Origin: Basidiobolus meristosporus CBS 931.73
Taxonomy: Eukaryota; Fungi; Basidiobolomycota
Direction of reading: 5' to 3'
Assembly (NCBI GenBank): GCA_002104905.1
Contig: MCFE01000394.1
Location: 1 to 64,000, forward strand
Length of the DNA stretch: 64,000 nt
The position numbers were made by a program, and so were the translations under genes. Below are positions 10,065 to 22,330 of the stretch, piece by piece (the first letter of the stretch is position 1; each line of letters starts with the position of its first letter). A model generated the notes under the pieces. It saw only the letters and a program-made list of their open reading frames with translations. It searched no databases and had not been told where the DNA came from.

Positions 10065-10452
10065 TGTGAATGTTGAATACTCTAATAAAGCTCAGCACCA
10101 GCCTTTATATAAAGATACAGCATTTGGACAAGACGGAGGTTTATAGATATCGCATCTAGGAAGCTTCAGTCAAATGATGTAGTCTATTTCGGAGGCAACC
10201 ACCGCAGCTGAAGTATAAATACTCGATTTCTGTTTGCCTTCTACCGCAATAAACAACAATGCTAGTCATGGTATAAAGATGCCTATACTGTGTTTCATGA
10301 AAGTGGTAGGTACTTGTCTCATAACCGGAAATGGGTAGAAAAGTAGCGAGAGCCTCCAAAGAGTGCCGCAAAAATCGGCCTTTATTTTGCATGATTTATA
10401 GTTGTGTTTGATGACAGTATTAATAGTAAGCTTAACAGCATGATGTAATGGA

Positions 10453-10598
10453 TTAGCAGCTCAAACAAGAGAGCATCTTCTCTGGTTGGCTGGAACCTAC
10501 ACACCATTTCCCGGCTTTGGACAAGAGATGAACACACTTACCACATTGACTGTACCGGAATTTAAAAGCATAAGGACAATGGAAAAGTGCTTGCGCAT
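10453..10598 (-). pseudogene. Family B copy 2
   Basis: MRKHFSIVLMLLNSGTVNVVSVFISCPKPGNGV*; the Gly-rich part is deleted. Confidence 0.65.
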
Positions 10599-11119
10599 GG
10601 TGAATACCAAAGGATAGATGGAGCCTCCTCTTGTGTATCTTTTACGTTATCAATCCCATACTGGTCCTCTTTTTCTTTGACCACCACTATCTGTCTTCCT
10701 TCATCAGAAGATGAATGAGTGAGCTACAAATGGGCAATACTAAGCATGCTGAAGTGTAGCAGAAACCACATCACTTTATTTAAGCCTAAATTGCACTCAC
10801 CATATTTGGCGTTACGATACTAATGGAAGTGAGGAGGCAACACATCCGTGCCACATATCATCCGTGCCACATATGCAGGCCAACACTAGTCATCCTGGTG
10901 CAATCGAACAATACAAGGATCATCACTTGAGTTCACTAGTTTCTCCTTAAAAATAAAGTGCTTAGCGCAAAGCGAATTTGGCGAATATTCCGCTTCAGCA
11001 TCATGGTAGCTCAGCCTGTTTTTCCTTACGAGCCGGGCTAATTCCATATAAAATCGCATGTAATGTTCACCTTATTCATCAGGCATACATACAAAAGCAC
11101 ACACACAGAAGCACACACA

Positions 11120-11245
11120 ATGCGATTCAGTACCGTTTTCTGCTCCTTGGTCATGGCACTACTTGCCTGCATGTCAACTTCAGCACAATCCTCTGGTGCA
11201 CTACTAAGTATGTAACCAGTATATAACTCCACAAGTCGCAGCTAA
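11120..11245 (+). pseudogene. Family C copy 5: exon 1 and intron start only
   Basis: Exon 1 at 11120-11207 with GTATGT donor at 11208. Similarity to copy 3 ends inside the intron, where another duplicated block begins. Confidence 0.8.
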
Positions 11246-11554
11246 AGCGACCATTATGTTGTGGTAAGTTCACGAATTAGATCAGAATTTTGACTGTTGT
11301 TTCTTATCAATAGGATTCAAGTACAGCCCAACTATGATGTTGAATCAATTGTGGCTGAGTCGTCATACTATTTAATCGCTATATTGTGACACTTAAGTTG
11401 CATCTATCTATACACACTATGTGTACACACTATCTATACGTATTACAGATTAAGCTACCCGAGAATGCCTTATACCTCGCTGGGCACGCACCTTCATAAC
11501 ACTTTGTGAATTCTGAAAAACACAACGCTGTTCCTTCTGCAACAGGATGTTTAT

Positions 11555-11821
11555 TCATTCGCCCAAGCCAGCTTGGGATGTGCTAGCTTTAGGTTCAAAC
11601 ACAATGGCTGTCAAGGCTTCACAAGCAGGCGAAGTCTCCAGAGGCTCGTCTATATTCCTACGCATAGCTGGCTTCCCTTTAAACTTTGCTACTACTTCGC
11701 CATTCTCCATCGTTAGCTCCTGCAGCCCATGTGTTGCTGAGAATACCTCGCACACCACGCGAAGAACCAGCATGGCTCTTTCTCTATAGATACGGTCCTG
11801 GGCTTGCACCATGGTTTGCAT
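11555..11821 (-). other. Duplicated ORF of unknown function (paralogue at 14931-15338), possibly a gene fragment
   Basis: MQTMVQAQDRIYRERAMLVLRVVCEVFSATH is shared by both copies; the frames diverge at the C-terminus. No family recognised. Confidence 0.3.
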
Positions 11822-12905
11822 AACAATGTCAAGCCATTGTCCCTTTATAGCGAAAACTTCACTCCAATATGATCAGATGATGGCTCGAACAATGGCCCTT
11901 TGTAAGTTCAATTAAAACTGGATTTCAACCATTGTTTCAACCATTGTTTAGTATTGATAATATGCCAACAACGATATGAGGCAATCCCGTTCAAGTTACA
12001 TGCCAAGCAATGATGATGCTGAATTTTATTTATATAGCTTGAGCCAATTGGGGCGTGGGAGCTGAGTCACCGTTCTGTTGGAGAGGGGCTTGCTGTTGTG
12101 AACAGAACGATGAGTTGACAGTAAATTGAGAATATTGAATGCTCGACATTAGCTAATATACATGGCTAATTGATATGCAGTCAAATGATGTAGTACATTT
12201 CAGAAACAACCACTGCACAAACACTCGCTCATGAAAACAAATCACAATGCAAGTCGAGCAAAGAGATTCCTATATTAAATCAAGTCGAGCAAAGAGATTT
12301 CTAACAACTACCATGGCCCTTCATCACACTATGCATGCATTCAATCCGGCCTAACATTTATGGTTGTAAAGAAAGCGCAACTATATCACTTGATCTATGC
12401 TCACCATAGCACTAGTAAAGTCTTATCCGCAATGAGCAGACAGCATCAGTAGATACCCATAGCTAGTCACTCTTTCTTAGCCTGCGAGCCAACTCAAATT
12501 AGTATGTAGTCGATGTATAGCTTGACTGGACGTAACTAGTGACTGTTGATTGCTCGAATAAAGCTTAGCACTGTTTTCGGCCAAGTTGAGGTTGATTGAA
12601 ATCCCATCCATGAAACTTCTCGGAATTGGTGGGTTTCAGTCGAATGATGTTGTGTATTTTGGAGGCAAACACCGCAGCTAGCATACAGCCACTTTTCCTT
12701 CTGTCTTCCACAGCAATAAGCGACTAAGCTAGCCATAGCAGAGAGATTCTTGTGTGAAAATGTCGATTATTGCTCACGTAAACAAATACAAGTGGGCAAG
12801 CAGCAAAAGTCTGCATAAACGACACTAATTTAGCATCTCTTTAAAGCTGTAGAGGATGACATTATTGCAAGTAAGCTTAACAGTACAATATAGTAGGTTA
12901 GTAAT

Positions 12906-13171
12906 TCAAAAGCACCTAAAGTTGCATCCGCACCCTCCATATTTCCATCGACCACTATAGTACTCGTGACGTCGTCGCCACCAATATTTTCCCTGCCCTT
13001 TCCGCCACAAACGTCTTCATCCTTTGTTGGCTGGGTTCTATATATATCGTTCGGGCTTAGGGGAGGAGATGAAGGCGCTTGCCGCTTTGGTATCCGTTGG
13101 CTGCACCTGAATCCATACTAAAATATTCAGGCCATTAGGAACGCACGGACGATGGAAATATGTCTGTGTTT
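12906..13171 (-). pseudogene. Family B copy 3
   Basis: Start codon lost. VQPTDTKAASAFISSPKPERYI*, then a tail GQGKYWWRRRHEYYSGRWKYGGCGCNFRCF* homologous to the family A tail. Confidence 0.7.
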
Positions 13172-13827
13172 GATGAACACCAAAGAGATAAACGTGGCCT
13201 TTTGGTTTGGCTACGTAAAATAGCATAATAGAAAATAATGATGGAGCTTGATAAAACCTTTCATCCAAATACTGGCCATCTTCCTCTTCTACTACCATCA
13301 CCATTGGTAGGGTGCCCGTCTTTGCCTGGAGATGGCTCGAAATGCTACACGTGGTTGCTTGTGTGAATTTGAAAGCCTATTTGCAATAACCTCATATTAT
13401 CCTCCATTCTTATACCTCTATCAAGCCATGCATGCATTCAGTCAGGTTTAGCATTCGTAGCTGAAAAGGATGCACAACAACGTCACTTCATTTATGCCTG
13501 GAAGCTCTGATCGCACTCACCATCGCACCCCTATTCCACGTGATCAAAATCTTGTTATGGCGAATGTAATGGTCATGGTATTGGTAATGAGCAGGCTGCC
13601 ACAAATGCATGCCAACAGTAGTTACCCAACTACCAGAATGACCATAATGTAACTGAAACTACGTCACTTTATTTACACCTAGATTGCACTAACCATAGTG
13701 CCATAGCACCCATATTCCGTGTAACTCAAGTCTCATTACGATACTAATGCTGGTGAACAGGCAATGCACCTGAAGGCATTTCATCCTGGCGCCCCCTGTA
13801 TCGACAGAAGCATTGAAAAATACACGA

Positions 13828-14116
13828 TCATTGCTCAAATTCAATAGTTTCTCTGAAGAAATCAATGCCAATTTGGGTTGAATGTAATACTACGGTATAT
13901 AGTACAATATATTCCCATTCATCATCATTGCCCGAGAGAATCTGATCAAATGTATCCCTTGACATCTGGCTGAGAATACCATCAATATAGTGGTGATTAT
14001 TCTGCTCATCCTCTTCCTTGTTGGACGTTGGTGGGTCCCTGGCAGAGATGGACGTCACATCCAAAGCCCTTGGCAATCATTAGCAGAGCACAAGCTACGG
14101 GGAGTTGTCCACGCAT
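13828..14116 (-). pseudogene. Family A copy 6, degenerate and lacking the tail
   Basis: ATG at 14116 reads MRGQLPVACALLMIAKGFG; shifted frame gives SNKEEDEQNNHHYIDGILSQMSRDTFDQ. Confidence 0.8.
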
Positions 14117-14530
14117 TGTGAATATTTATTGCTCGCTTTTTTCTCTTATATAAGATAGCGGTTGATTGACATACTTCACGGAACATATATCCACACTGCA
14201 CCTAGCATTCAAACACCAAATAACTGTCTGCCTTCCTTTACAATGAACGTTCGATTACATTACGTTGGATATGGTAAGTTAGCAGCTCCAATCGCGCCCA
14301 AAATGTAGGGTAGGTGAAAGCACTTGTCTATTGAATTCTCAGTAGCGTATGGGAAAGCATAGATTATATGATATTGGTAGAGAAGTCTATCTATAGCCTA
14401 TCCGAAGATGCTAATTGTCAAAACAACAAACGTCTCTATCTGTGAGTTGGCAAGATTTATATGATTACTGCTCTGCGTAACTTGAATTTTATAAACCAAC
14501 TTCCAACAGCCATAGTAAAGCTTCACTATG

Positions 14531-16890
14531 ATCAGACTTTGTATGTAAGATTGACGATTGTTTCTTATTAATAGGATTCAAGCACACACCAGCTAACAGT
14601 ACTAACTATGCACTGATGATATTGAATCAATTGTGGCTGAGTTGTCACTCTATTTAATCGCTATTTTGTGGCAAGTTGCACCGGTCATGTGGTGCATCTA
14701 TACACACTATCTTTACTCACTATGTATACACAATACACACTATCTATACGTATTACATATATAGCCTTTTAAGCTACTCGAGCGTGCCCAAGAAGTCAAC
14801 AGTAGAGAGTGTGTTGTTTAGCGCCGAGTGTTGACTGGCTCTAATGGTTGTCAAAGTTTATGGAGCATTGCTGAACAACCTGTATCCCATTATAAGGCTG
14901 GAAAGCGCTGCTTTTGTTTTCACGGGTTAATTACCCCAAATTGGCTCGATTCTTCTCTATCAATACTTCTATATAACAAAAACTCAAAAATCCCTCTGTG
15001 TGATATACTCTGAGTAATTCAAATTCTATAAAACCCAACGCTGTTCCTTCTGCAATAGGATGTTTATTCACTCGCCACACCCATCTTCTAAACTTTGGAT
15101 GTGCTAGTTTTAGTATATAGATGGCTATCAAGGCTTCACAAGCAGGTGAAGTCTTCAGAGGCTTGTCTATATTCCCACGCATAACTGGCTTTCCTTTAAA
15201 CTTCACCGTTATTTCGCCATTCTCCATCGTTGGCTCCTGCAGCTCATGTGTTGCTGAGAATACCTCGCACACCACGCGAAGAACCAGCATGGCTCTTTCT
15301 CTATAGATACGGTCCTGGGCTTGCACCATGGTTTGCATAATAGTGGCAAGCCGTTGTTCCCTTATAGTCCAATATGATCAGATGACGGCTCGAACAATGG
15401 CCCTTTGTAAGTTCAATTAAAACTGGATTTCAACCATTGTTTCAACCATTGTTTAGTATTGATAATATGCCAACAACGATATGAGGCAATCCCGTTCAAG
15501 TTACATGCCAAGCAATGATGATGCTGAATTTTATTTATATAGCTTGAGCCAATTGGGGCGTGGGAGCTGAGTCACCGTTCTGTTGGAGAGGGGCTTGCTG
15601 TTGCGAACAGAACAGTGAGTTGACAGTAAATTGAGAATATTGAATGCTCGACATTAGCTAATATACATGGCTAATTGATATGCAGTCAAATGATGTAAAG
15701 AGATTTCTAACAACTACCATGGCCCTTCATCACACTATGCATGCATTCAATCCGGCCTAACATTTATGGTTGTAAAGAAAGCGCAACTATATCACTTGAT
15801 CTATGCTCACCATAGCACTAGTAAAGTCTTATTAGCAATGAGCAGACAGCATCAGTAGATACCCATAGCTAGTCACTCTTTCTTAGCCTGCGAGTCAACT
15901 CAAATTAGTATGTAGTCGATGTCTAGCTTGACTGGATGTAACTAGTGACTGTTGATTGCTTGAATAAAGCTTAGCACGGTTTTCGGCCAAGATGGAGGTT
16001 GATTGAAATCCCATCCATGAAACATCTCGGAATTGGTGGGTTTCAGTCGAATGATGTTGTGTATTTTGGAGGCAAACACCGCAGCTAGCATACAGCCACT
16101 TTTCCTTCTGTCTTCCACAGCAATAAGCAACTAAGCTAGCCATAGCAGAGGGATTCTTGTGTGAAAATGTTGAATATTGCTCACGTAAACAAATACAAGT
16201 GGGCAAGCAGCAAAAGTCTGCATAAACGACACTTATTTAGCATCTCTTTAAAGCTGTAGAGGATGACAATATTGCAAGTAAGCTTAACAGTACAATATAG
16301 TAGGTTAGTAATTCAAAACGCACCTATAATTCCATACAAATCCTCCATATTTCCATTGACCACTATGGCACTCGTGACGTCGTTGCCACCAATATTTGCC
16401 CTGCCCTTTCTGGCACAAGCGTCTTCATCCTTGGTTGGCTGGGTCCTATGTACATCTCTCAGGCTTTGAGGAAGAGATGAAGGCACTTGCCTCGTTGGTA
16501 TCCGTTGGCTGCACCTGAGTCCATACTAAAATATTCAGGCCATTAGGAACGCACAGATGATGGGAATATGCTTGTGTTTGGTGAGCGCCAAAGAGATAAA
16601 CGTAGCCTCTTGCTTTTGCTATGCGAAATTGCATAAAAGAAATTGAAGATGGAGCTTGATAAAACCTTTCATCCGATTCACCACATACTGGCCATCTTCC
16701 TCTCCTACTACCATCACCATTGGTAGGGTGCCTGTCTTTGTCTGGAGATGGATCGAAATGCTACACGTGGTTGCTTGTGTGAATTTGAAAGCTTATTTGC
16801 AATAGCCTCATATTATCCTCCATTCTTATGCCTCAATCAAGCCATGCATCCATTCAATCAGGTTTCGCATTTGTAGCTGAAAAGGATGAG
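14531..16890 (+). repeat. Second segmental duplication, unit 2
   Basis: Collinear with 11281-13470. Confidence 0.9.
16305..16580 (-). pseudogene. Family B copy 4
   Basis: VQPTDTNEASAFISSSKPERCT*, shifted-frame TQPTKDEDA (compare copy 3 QSTKDEDA), tail GQGKYWWQRRHECHSGQWKYGG. Confidence 0.7.
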
Positions 16891-17461
16891 CAGGCTGCCA
16901 CCTATGCATGCCAACAGTAGTTACCCAGCTGCCTTTCACTCTGGTAACTCCTTCATTGACCGAAGAATAGATAAAAACGATGGCAATACAATCATTGCTC
17001 AAATACAAGGTTTCTATTGCAAGGAACAAATGGCAATTTTGACCCTTTTCAAGAGTACTACACTATGGGATATAAAATACGGCGGCAACACGATCATCAC
17101 TCCAATATAATGGAACCACCGGATTCTCTTCAAAGGCGCAAGTCGTGATCAAGCCTAAAGCCAAATTTACACTCACCGGAGTGTACAAGTTACTGTGGCA
17201 TATAGTATAAAATATTTCCCTCCATATCCCCGATGATCTCCGCAGCCTCTGTAATGCCTATAACGTTTGTATCTCCAGTATCTTCCCCTCTATTGCCTGT
17301 CTCTCCAATACCTAGGCCTTTCAATCGCAGATACGGTGAGTTGTTTATGCATATCATATAGTCAAATTTGTGGAGGAAAAATAGCGGGATGCTTTATAGT
17401 GGAATCAGTTACGGGATGTTCTTGTGGTCAAGGTAGCTGGTCTTTGAAAATAGCATGGTGT

Positions 17462-17830
17462 AGGGGAAAAAGGGGAAGGGGGAAACGCTTGCCTCCTGTG
17501 TGTGCAATGGTGGTGGTCAAGTCACCACTGCGCCCACAAAAGCCAAACAGTAGAAGAAAGGGAAAAGGGAAACGCTTGCCTCCTGTGTGTGCAATGGTGT
17601 TGGTCAAGTCACCACTGCGCCCACAAAAGCCAAACAATAGAAGAAAGGGAAAAGGGAAACGCTTGCCTCCTGTGTGTACAATGGTGTTTGGTCAAGGCAC
17701 CACTGCATCCAAAGAAGTCAAATAAAAAGAAAAACGGAGAAGGGAAAAGGGAAAAAGGGAAATGCTTGCCTCCTATGTTTACAACGGTGGTTGACCAAGT
17801 CACCACTGTGCCCAAAGAAGCCAAACATGT
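17462..17830. repeat. 87-bp minisatellite, 4 units, each with an internal hairpin
   Basis: AAACGCTTGCC starts at 17483, 17570 and 17657, with a variant at 17760 (periods 87, 87, 103). Each unit contains a GTGGTG..CACCAC-type inverted repeat. Confidence 0.95.
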
Positions 17831-19799
17831 ACATGATGAGGGGGAGGAAAGTAAAGGAAAAGAAAGGTTGAGCACCAGTGGATGCATTGAGGATTGATCA
17901 AGTTCTCGACACACACCAAAGGAACCTAACCGTATATGTAAAGAGAAAAGGGAAGTGGCCTAGTGCCTGCTATAAAGGTTAATCACGCCCTCATAACAAT
18001 ACAACCAAGCCAAACTTGTAAACAGACGGGATAATGTGAAGAAAAACATGTATATTAATGGTTGATCAAGTCATCAACATACATTTACATAATAAAAGAA
18101 ATCCAGATCCTCCGCGCACACTACTGGTTGACCAAGTCATTAGCGCACTAGAAAGGGTCAAGAAGTACATGCTATTCTTACCAACCAGGCTAACCAACCA
18201 GGAGCAAGGCCTTGATCCCAAACAGCTATTGAGGCAATCCGGTATATGCAAATTCCGGTAAATTTGCTAATGGCTGGCCAAGCCACTATACGGACAGCTC
18301 AAGTGCCAGGCAGGTGCAGAGAAGTGCGGGTAGATGTATCAGCGGTGTTGTGGGCAGGCATGTAGGGGATAGTGAAGGTGAGCGGGTGGGTGTGTGGCAT
18401 TTATATAGTGTAGTTACCAATAAATTTAATTAAACAATGTTTAGATGACTGCCAAGATGATTTAATGGAATCTATTGATGTTGGAGTCTTTTCCCTTATC
18501 CAAACTATGGATATTGAACACATTTATTTTACAATTACAAGTGTTGACAATAGTGGCACGGATCTAGATGAAATCACTCATCTGATGGGTTTGAGTGCGG
18601 TGTTATAATAAGCAAGCTGGATTATAGATTAGATTACGCTCTTTGCTTAAGCACAATTAAATCACTGGCTTCTCTTTCTGGAGGTAAACATTCCTAAAAA
18701 TGGAAGAGTAGAGAATGTTGCAGCAGTAAGAATTTCTGTCCATAAACATTCTTAATAAATGACTAATACATGCCATGAAGCTAGGCACAAACTTCTGCAT
18801 TACTTAGTAACTTTGTTGGAGATGAATGTGCTTACTTCATATGTGCTTGAGGTATGCATGTTGCTGACAGCTGTTAGCTGAGCTTAAGCTCTAAAAGTTG
18901 CTAGCACATTAATAATATTGGACACTCTACTAAAGCTCAGCAATATCTCATAGAAATTGCCAGTTGGAGCTTTTTGATAGTATATTGATGTAGAGCAGGT
19001 CTTTTGAGCTTGACAGTGAGGACATTCAGACCTTAGTCTTTTGCTTACTCTCTCTGCTAGAAATCAGTAGCTTCAAGTGTTGATAAATCCCATATAGATG
19101 CACCTTTATTGGTATCAACTTATTAGTTAACTAGCTTTACCAAGTTTACAGCTTATGCGTAGTTCTACTTGGAGCCTCTAATATTGAGCATTCCTAACTC
19201 TGTTTACTTGTATGGCATTTGACATTTGCTGTTGTGCTTGAGTATTCAAGAAAACTCAAAAGTCATCCTAATATTGCAAGGAGCAAGTCTCACTGGAATT
19301 CTTTTTTAGCCATTGGGTGCCCCAGCTCTAAAATCTAATCATACAATTATTTAGCTTGTTTTTTGTGTTGTGTCTACTGGCCACAAAGCAGACAATATAA
19401 TGGGACCTCAGTATATCTGCAAAATTAGCTGAAAATAATCTGATCAGATGGTGCATTGCACTTTATCTCTAGGTCTCATTCATGCCCCCCATTTACTTGT
19501 GCTTAAAATGCAATCTCTTGGTGCTAACAAGTTCACTTTACCTTGAGAGCTATTAGTAGGGTGTACAATGCCATTTGGCTGCTTCTTCAGGTGCTTGGCA
19601 AGAAATTAATCTTTTGAGTATTGCCTATAGGTCAAGTCAGCCCAACATCTTAAGAATACCAAGCCTGGCCTGTGTAGCAGATATATTTCTTCAATCATAG
19701 TAGTAAATCCCAGTTAAACTCTGTTTTGATATTAGTCAGAATCCACGCTGCAGATATCTTCTTGATACTCCAACAGTTCTAAGAACCTTTGCTATACTC

Positions 19800-21300
19800 A
19801 CTATTGTAAAGTAAGCTTTAGTTCAATACCATCATTCAGCAAGTGTTTCTGCCATAATGCTTGTTTTCCAGGAATATGGTGGGAACCATGTGGCTTTATG
19901 CCATTGTTCATTCACAAGTTCCTCAATGATTTGGTTTTTGGCCAGTGCAGCAAGGTCTGGCCCCTCATCTGCTAGTTTTTGCAATAAATCCTTCCAATAT
20001 GCAAGTATGTTCTCTTGGGCACTGCTCTTGAAAAAGTGCTGCAACCTGTTGGTGTGCCTGTTAATCCACCAAAACTCCACTATAGGCATTGTGATGAGCT
20101 CCTGACTTTTTGACATTGTTGCTTTGCCTGTTTATGAAATCTCTACCTTGTGTACAATGGAAGATGCAAAGGCTGCACTGTATGAGTTGCCTTTCTCTGT
20201 AAACTTGTCTACCTCACTGGAGTGTAGCTCAACAGGCTGTGCTTCAAATTGTTGTGAAAGCAACTGTTGTTTTGTTGGCAATTTTTCTTAGCTATGATGG
20301 GAATCAGTCAGTTGTAGGCTTGCTGCTTCAAGTAGTATGAGCTATCAATTTCTTTCACACAGTCTTACCACTGGCTGTGGTTGATTCTTCTTCTTTCATT
20401 TATACCATGTCTTAGCAATACCTGGTGTTTGACTGCTGCCTCAAATGAGTGTTTTTTGTGATGTACTTCAATTTCTCCTTGATAAGTATTGTGCTGGTGC
20501 CAACATTTCTGCCTGCTTGTCCCTCAATAGCTCTCTTCCAGCTACCTTAAATTCATTTGCCACCAGTTTTTAGCTTAAAACCTTAGTTGTGAGAGGCTCT
20601 TGAGAGTACCACTGGTTTTATTCTAGCCAGGTCCTGCACTGCTCTTTTGGCTAAATGCCTCATGAGCAGAACTTTGTTGTTTCCTTGATAAATGCTGCAT
20701 TGATGTATCTGTTTCTGCCTGCTTGTCCCATACTGGCACTCTTCCAGCTTCATGATGCTTCTTCACTACTTGTTTAGAGTTTTTGACCCAGCTTGTGATT
20801 GGCTTTTAGCTGTGACCCCCTTATACTGTTGCCTATGATAGCTTTGGCTATTTTGCAATACTTCTTAACATTGCATTGCCAGTCCAAATCTTCTTGCTTG
20901 TTTGAATCCAGGGAAATGCTCATGGAGCTAATGATGCACATTCTGCTTGGCCTTGGGTTTCCAATGACTCCATAATATGCTAGCATTAAGGTGATGGTGT
21001 GTTAGGCTTCTCACAGCCCCTTGAGTATTAGCCCACTGCTCATCAATATACTTAATGGCTTCATAGTTTATCAATGTCTTGTGATTCTTAGGCTTCAGGA
21101 TATATATATGGCAGTCTCTCCCTGCCATGCTGTGAAGCGGTTTTTGGTGGGCTTTATCTTTGGGCAAAGTTATTGTGCTTCAAAGAATATATGGTCTTCC
21201 TCTGCTGTTGCATTGAAAAATGGAGCAAATCTGGACTGTGATACTGATCTACTAGAGTTTTATCTTTACAACAAGGATTCTGTGCTCTTGGACTGGGATG
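19800..21300 (-). mobile_element. Degenerate non-LTR (LINE-like) retrotransposon: ORF1 end and endonuclease start
   Basis: MPIVEFW(W/N)IN...LADEGPDLAALA resembles the N-terminus of an APE endonuclease (xWNxN; PDIIxLxE). Homologous segments at 22.3-22.9, 44-46.5 and 55.6-57.2 kb. Confidence 0.6.
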
Positions 21301-22330
21301 TTGATTGCTTCCTAATGAGAATAATTTGGTCCCCCAGATGGATCTGATCTGGATCAAATATCAGGGTCCTGCAAAGAGTCTGTCACAATGCTGGCAGCTT
21401 GGAGTTATTGACACTCCATACAATCTCATGTTGGGACTGTGATGGCATTTTGCTGATTTTACTGCCAAGTAAAGTAAGATACCTAATAGTATTTGAGCAG
21501 TCTCCTGACAAGAATTGCATGGCATTCTAACAGTCTTAATTAACACCACACCTATTTGAGGGGACCTAGCCAGCCAATACATCTTGCCATTTATGACAAG
21601 AAACTTGAGAGTATTCTAAAGGCCTCTTGGCAACATCAGCTGACATCATTCCAGAAGTAGGGTAGCCTATAGCTAGTTTTGTTTAATGCTACCATACTAA
21701 TTTGCCAAATGATATTTCCTTTTTCAAACTCCTCTTGAGCTATTCATATTACCACTGTAGAATTGCCCCTCCTTATTTGTTTACCCACTACCACCTTGGG
21801 TACTCCACCTTTAATTCAAATAAAGAAAGCCAGAGCCTCCGACTAAAACCTCAATAAATGTGCACATCTGCCACAATTGAAACACTTTTATCACCCCAAC
21901 TTTACAGCTTTTTAGTGTTTTACTTGCAAAGCTGCCATATACCTTGTACTGCTGGTAACAAATACATCTTGAAAACACATGCTTGGTTGCAGCCACTTTT
22001 GCCATGAATGCTACCCAAACACTTGCTAAGAGCTTCCTGGTATTTAGCCAATATATTCCTTCTCCCTGCTGGATTCTAGACCACATTGTAGATGAGCACT
22101 GGATCTTGTTTGAGTGAATTTTGTATTGAATGGTACAGGAATTGGCTTGTACCTAGTAGAAGCCCAGCATACCTTGATGAAGTTTTCCTTATAGAAATCA
22201 GTTGCTTGTTGCATCCAGCGCAGCCTTTCAAACAGGTGCTTGGTTGCTACCACTTATGCCATGAATACTGCCTGAATATATGCAAAGAACTCTTGGTATT
22301 TAGTCAATATAATCCTTATCTGTGCTAAGT
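21300..22330 (-). mobile_element. LINE-like ORF2 C-terminal fragment
   Basis: CxxC motif (PCNSCQE). Homologous pieces at 34.3-35.1 kb and 57.3-59.4 kb. Internal ~130-bp duplication. Confidence 0.5.

Larger units (their letters stand above)
9030..11240 (+). repeat. Segmental tandem duplication, unit 2
   Basis: Collinear with 6255-8530. Confidence 0.9.
11281..13470 (+). repeat. Second segmental duplication, unit 1
   Basis: Collinear with about 14531-16890; long stretches (for example 11860-12200 versus 15370-15700) are nearly identical. Confidence 0.9.

Noticed and set aside
7659-16580. TAG readthrough or codon reassignment suggested by a TAG at the same place in all four B copies
   Set aside because: The TAG lies in a frame created by a shared deletion; the shifted frame aligns with family A. 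The intact C gene uses TAG as its stop.
600-17400. Classical RIP acting on the duplications
   Set aside because: Kilobase-scale near-identical duplicates remain without obvious C-to-T saturation; the loss is concentrated in transposon CpGs.
17483-17700. DnaJ-like CxxCxGxG motif (SCVCNGGGQV) in one frame of the minisatellite
   Set aside because: That frame has a TAG in each complete unit and the Cys spacing is CxC, not CxxC.
17462-17830. CRISPR-like array (palindromic repeats at regular spacing)
   Set aside because: Whole units are repeated with no unique spacers, there are no cas genes, and the context is eukaryotic.
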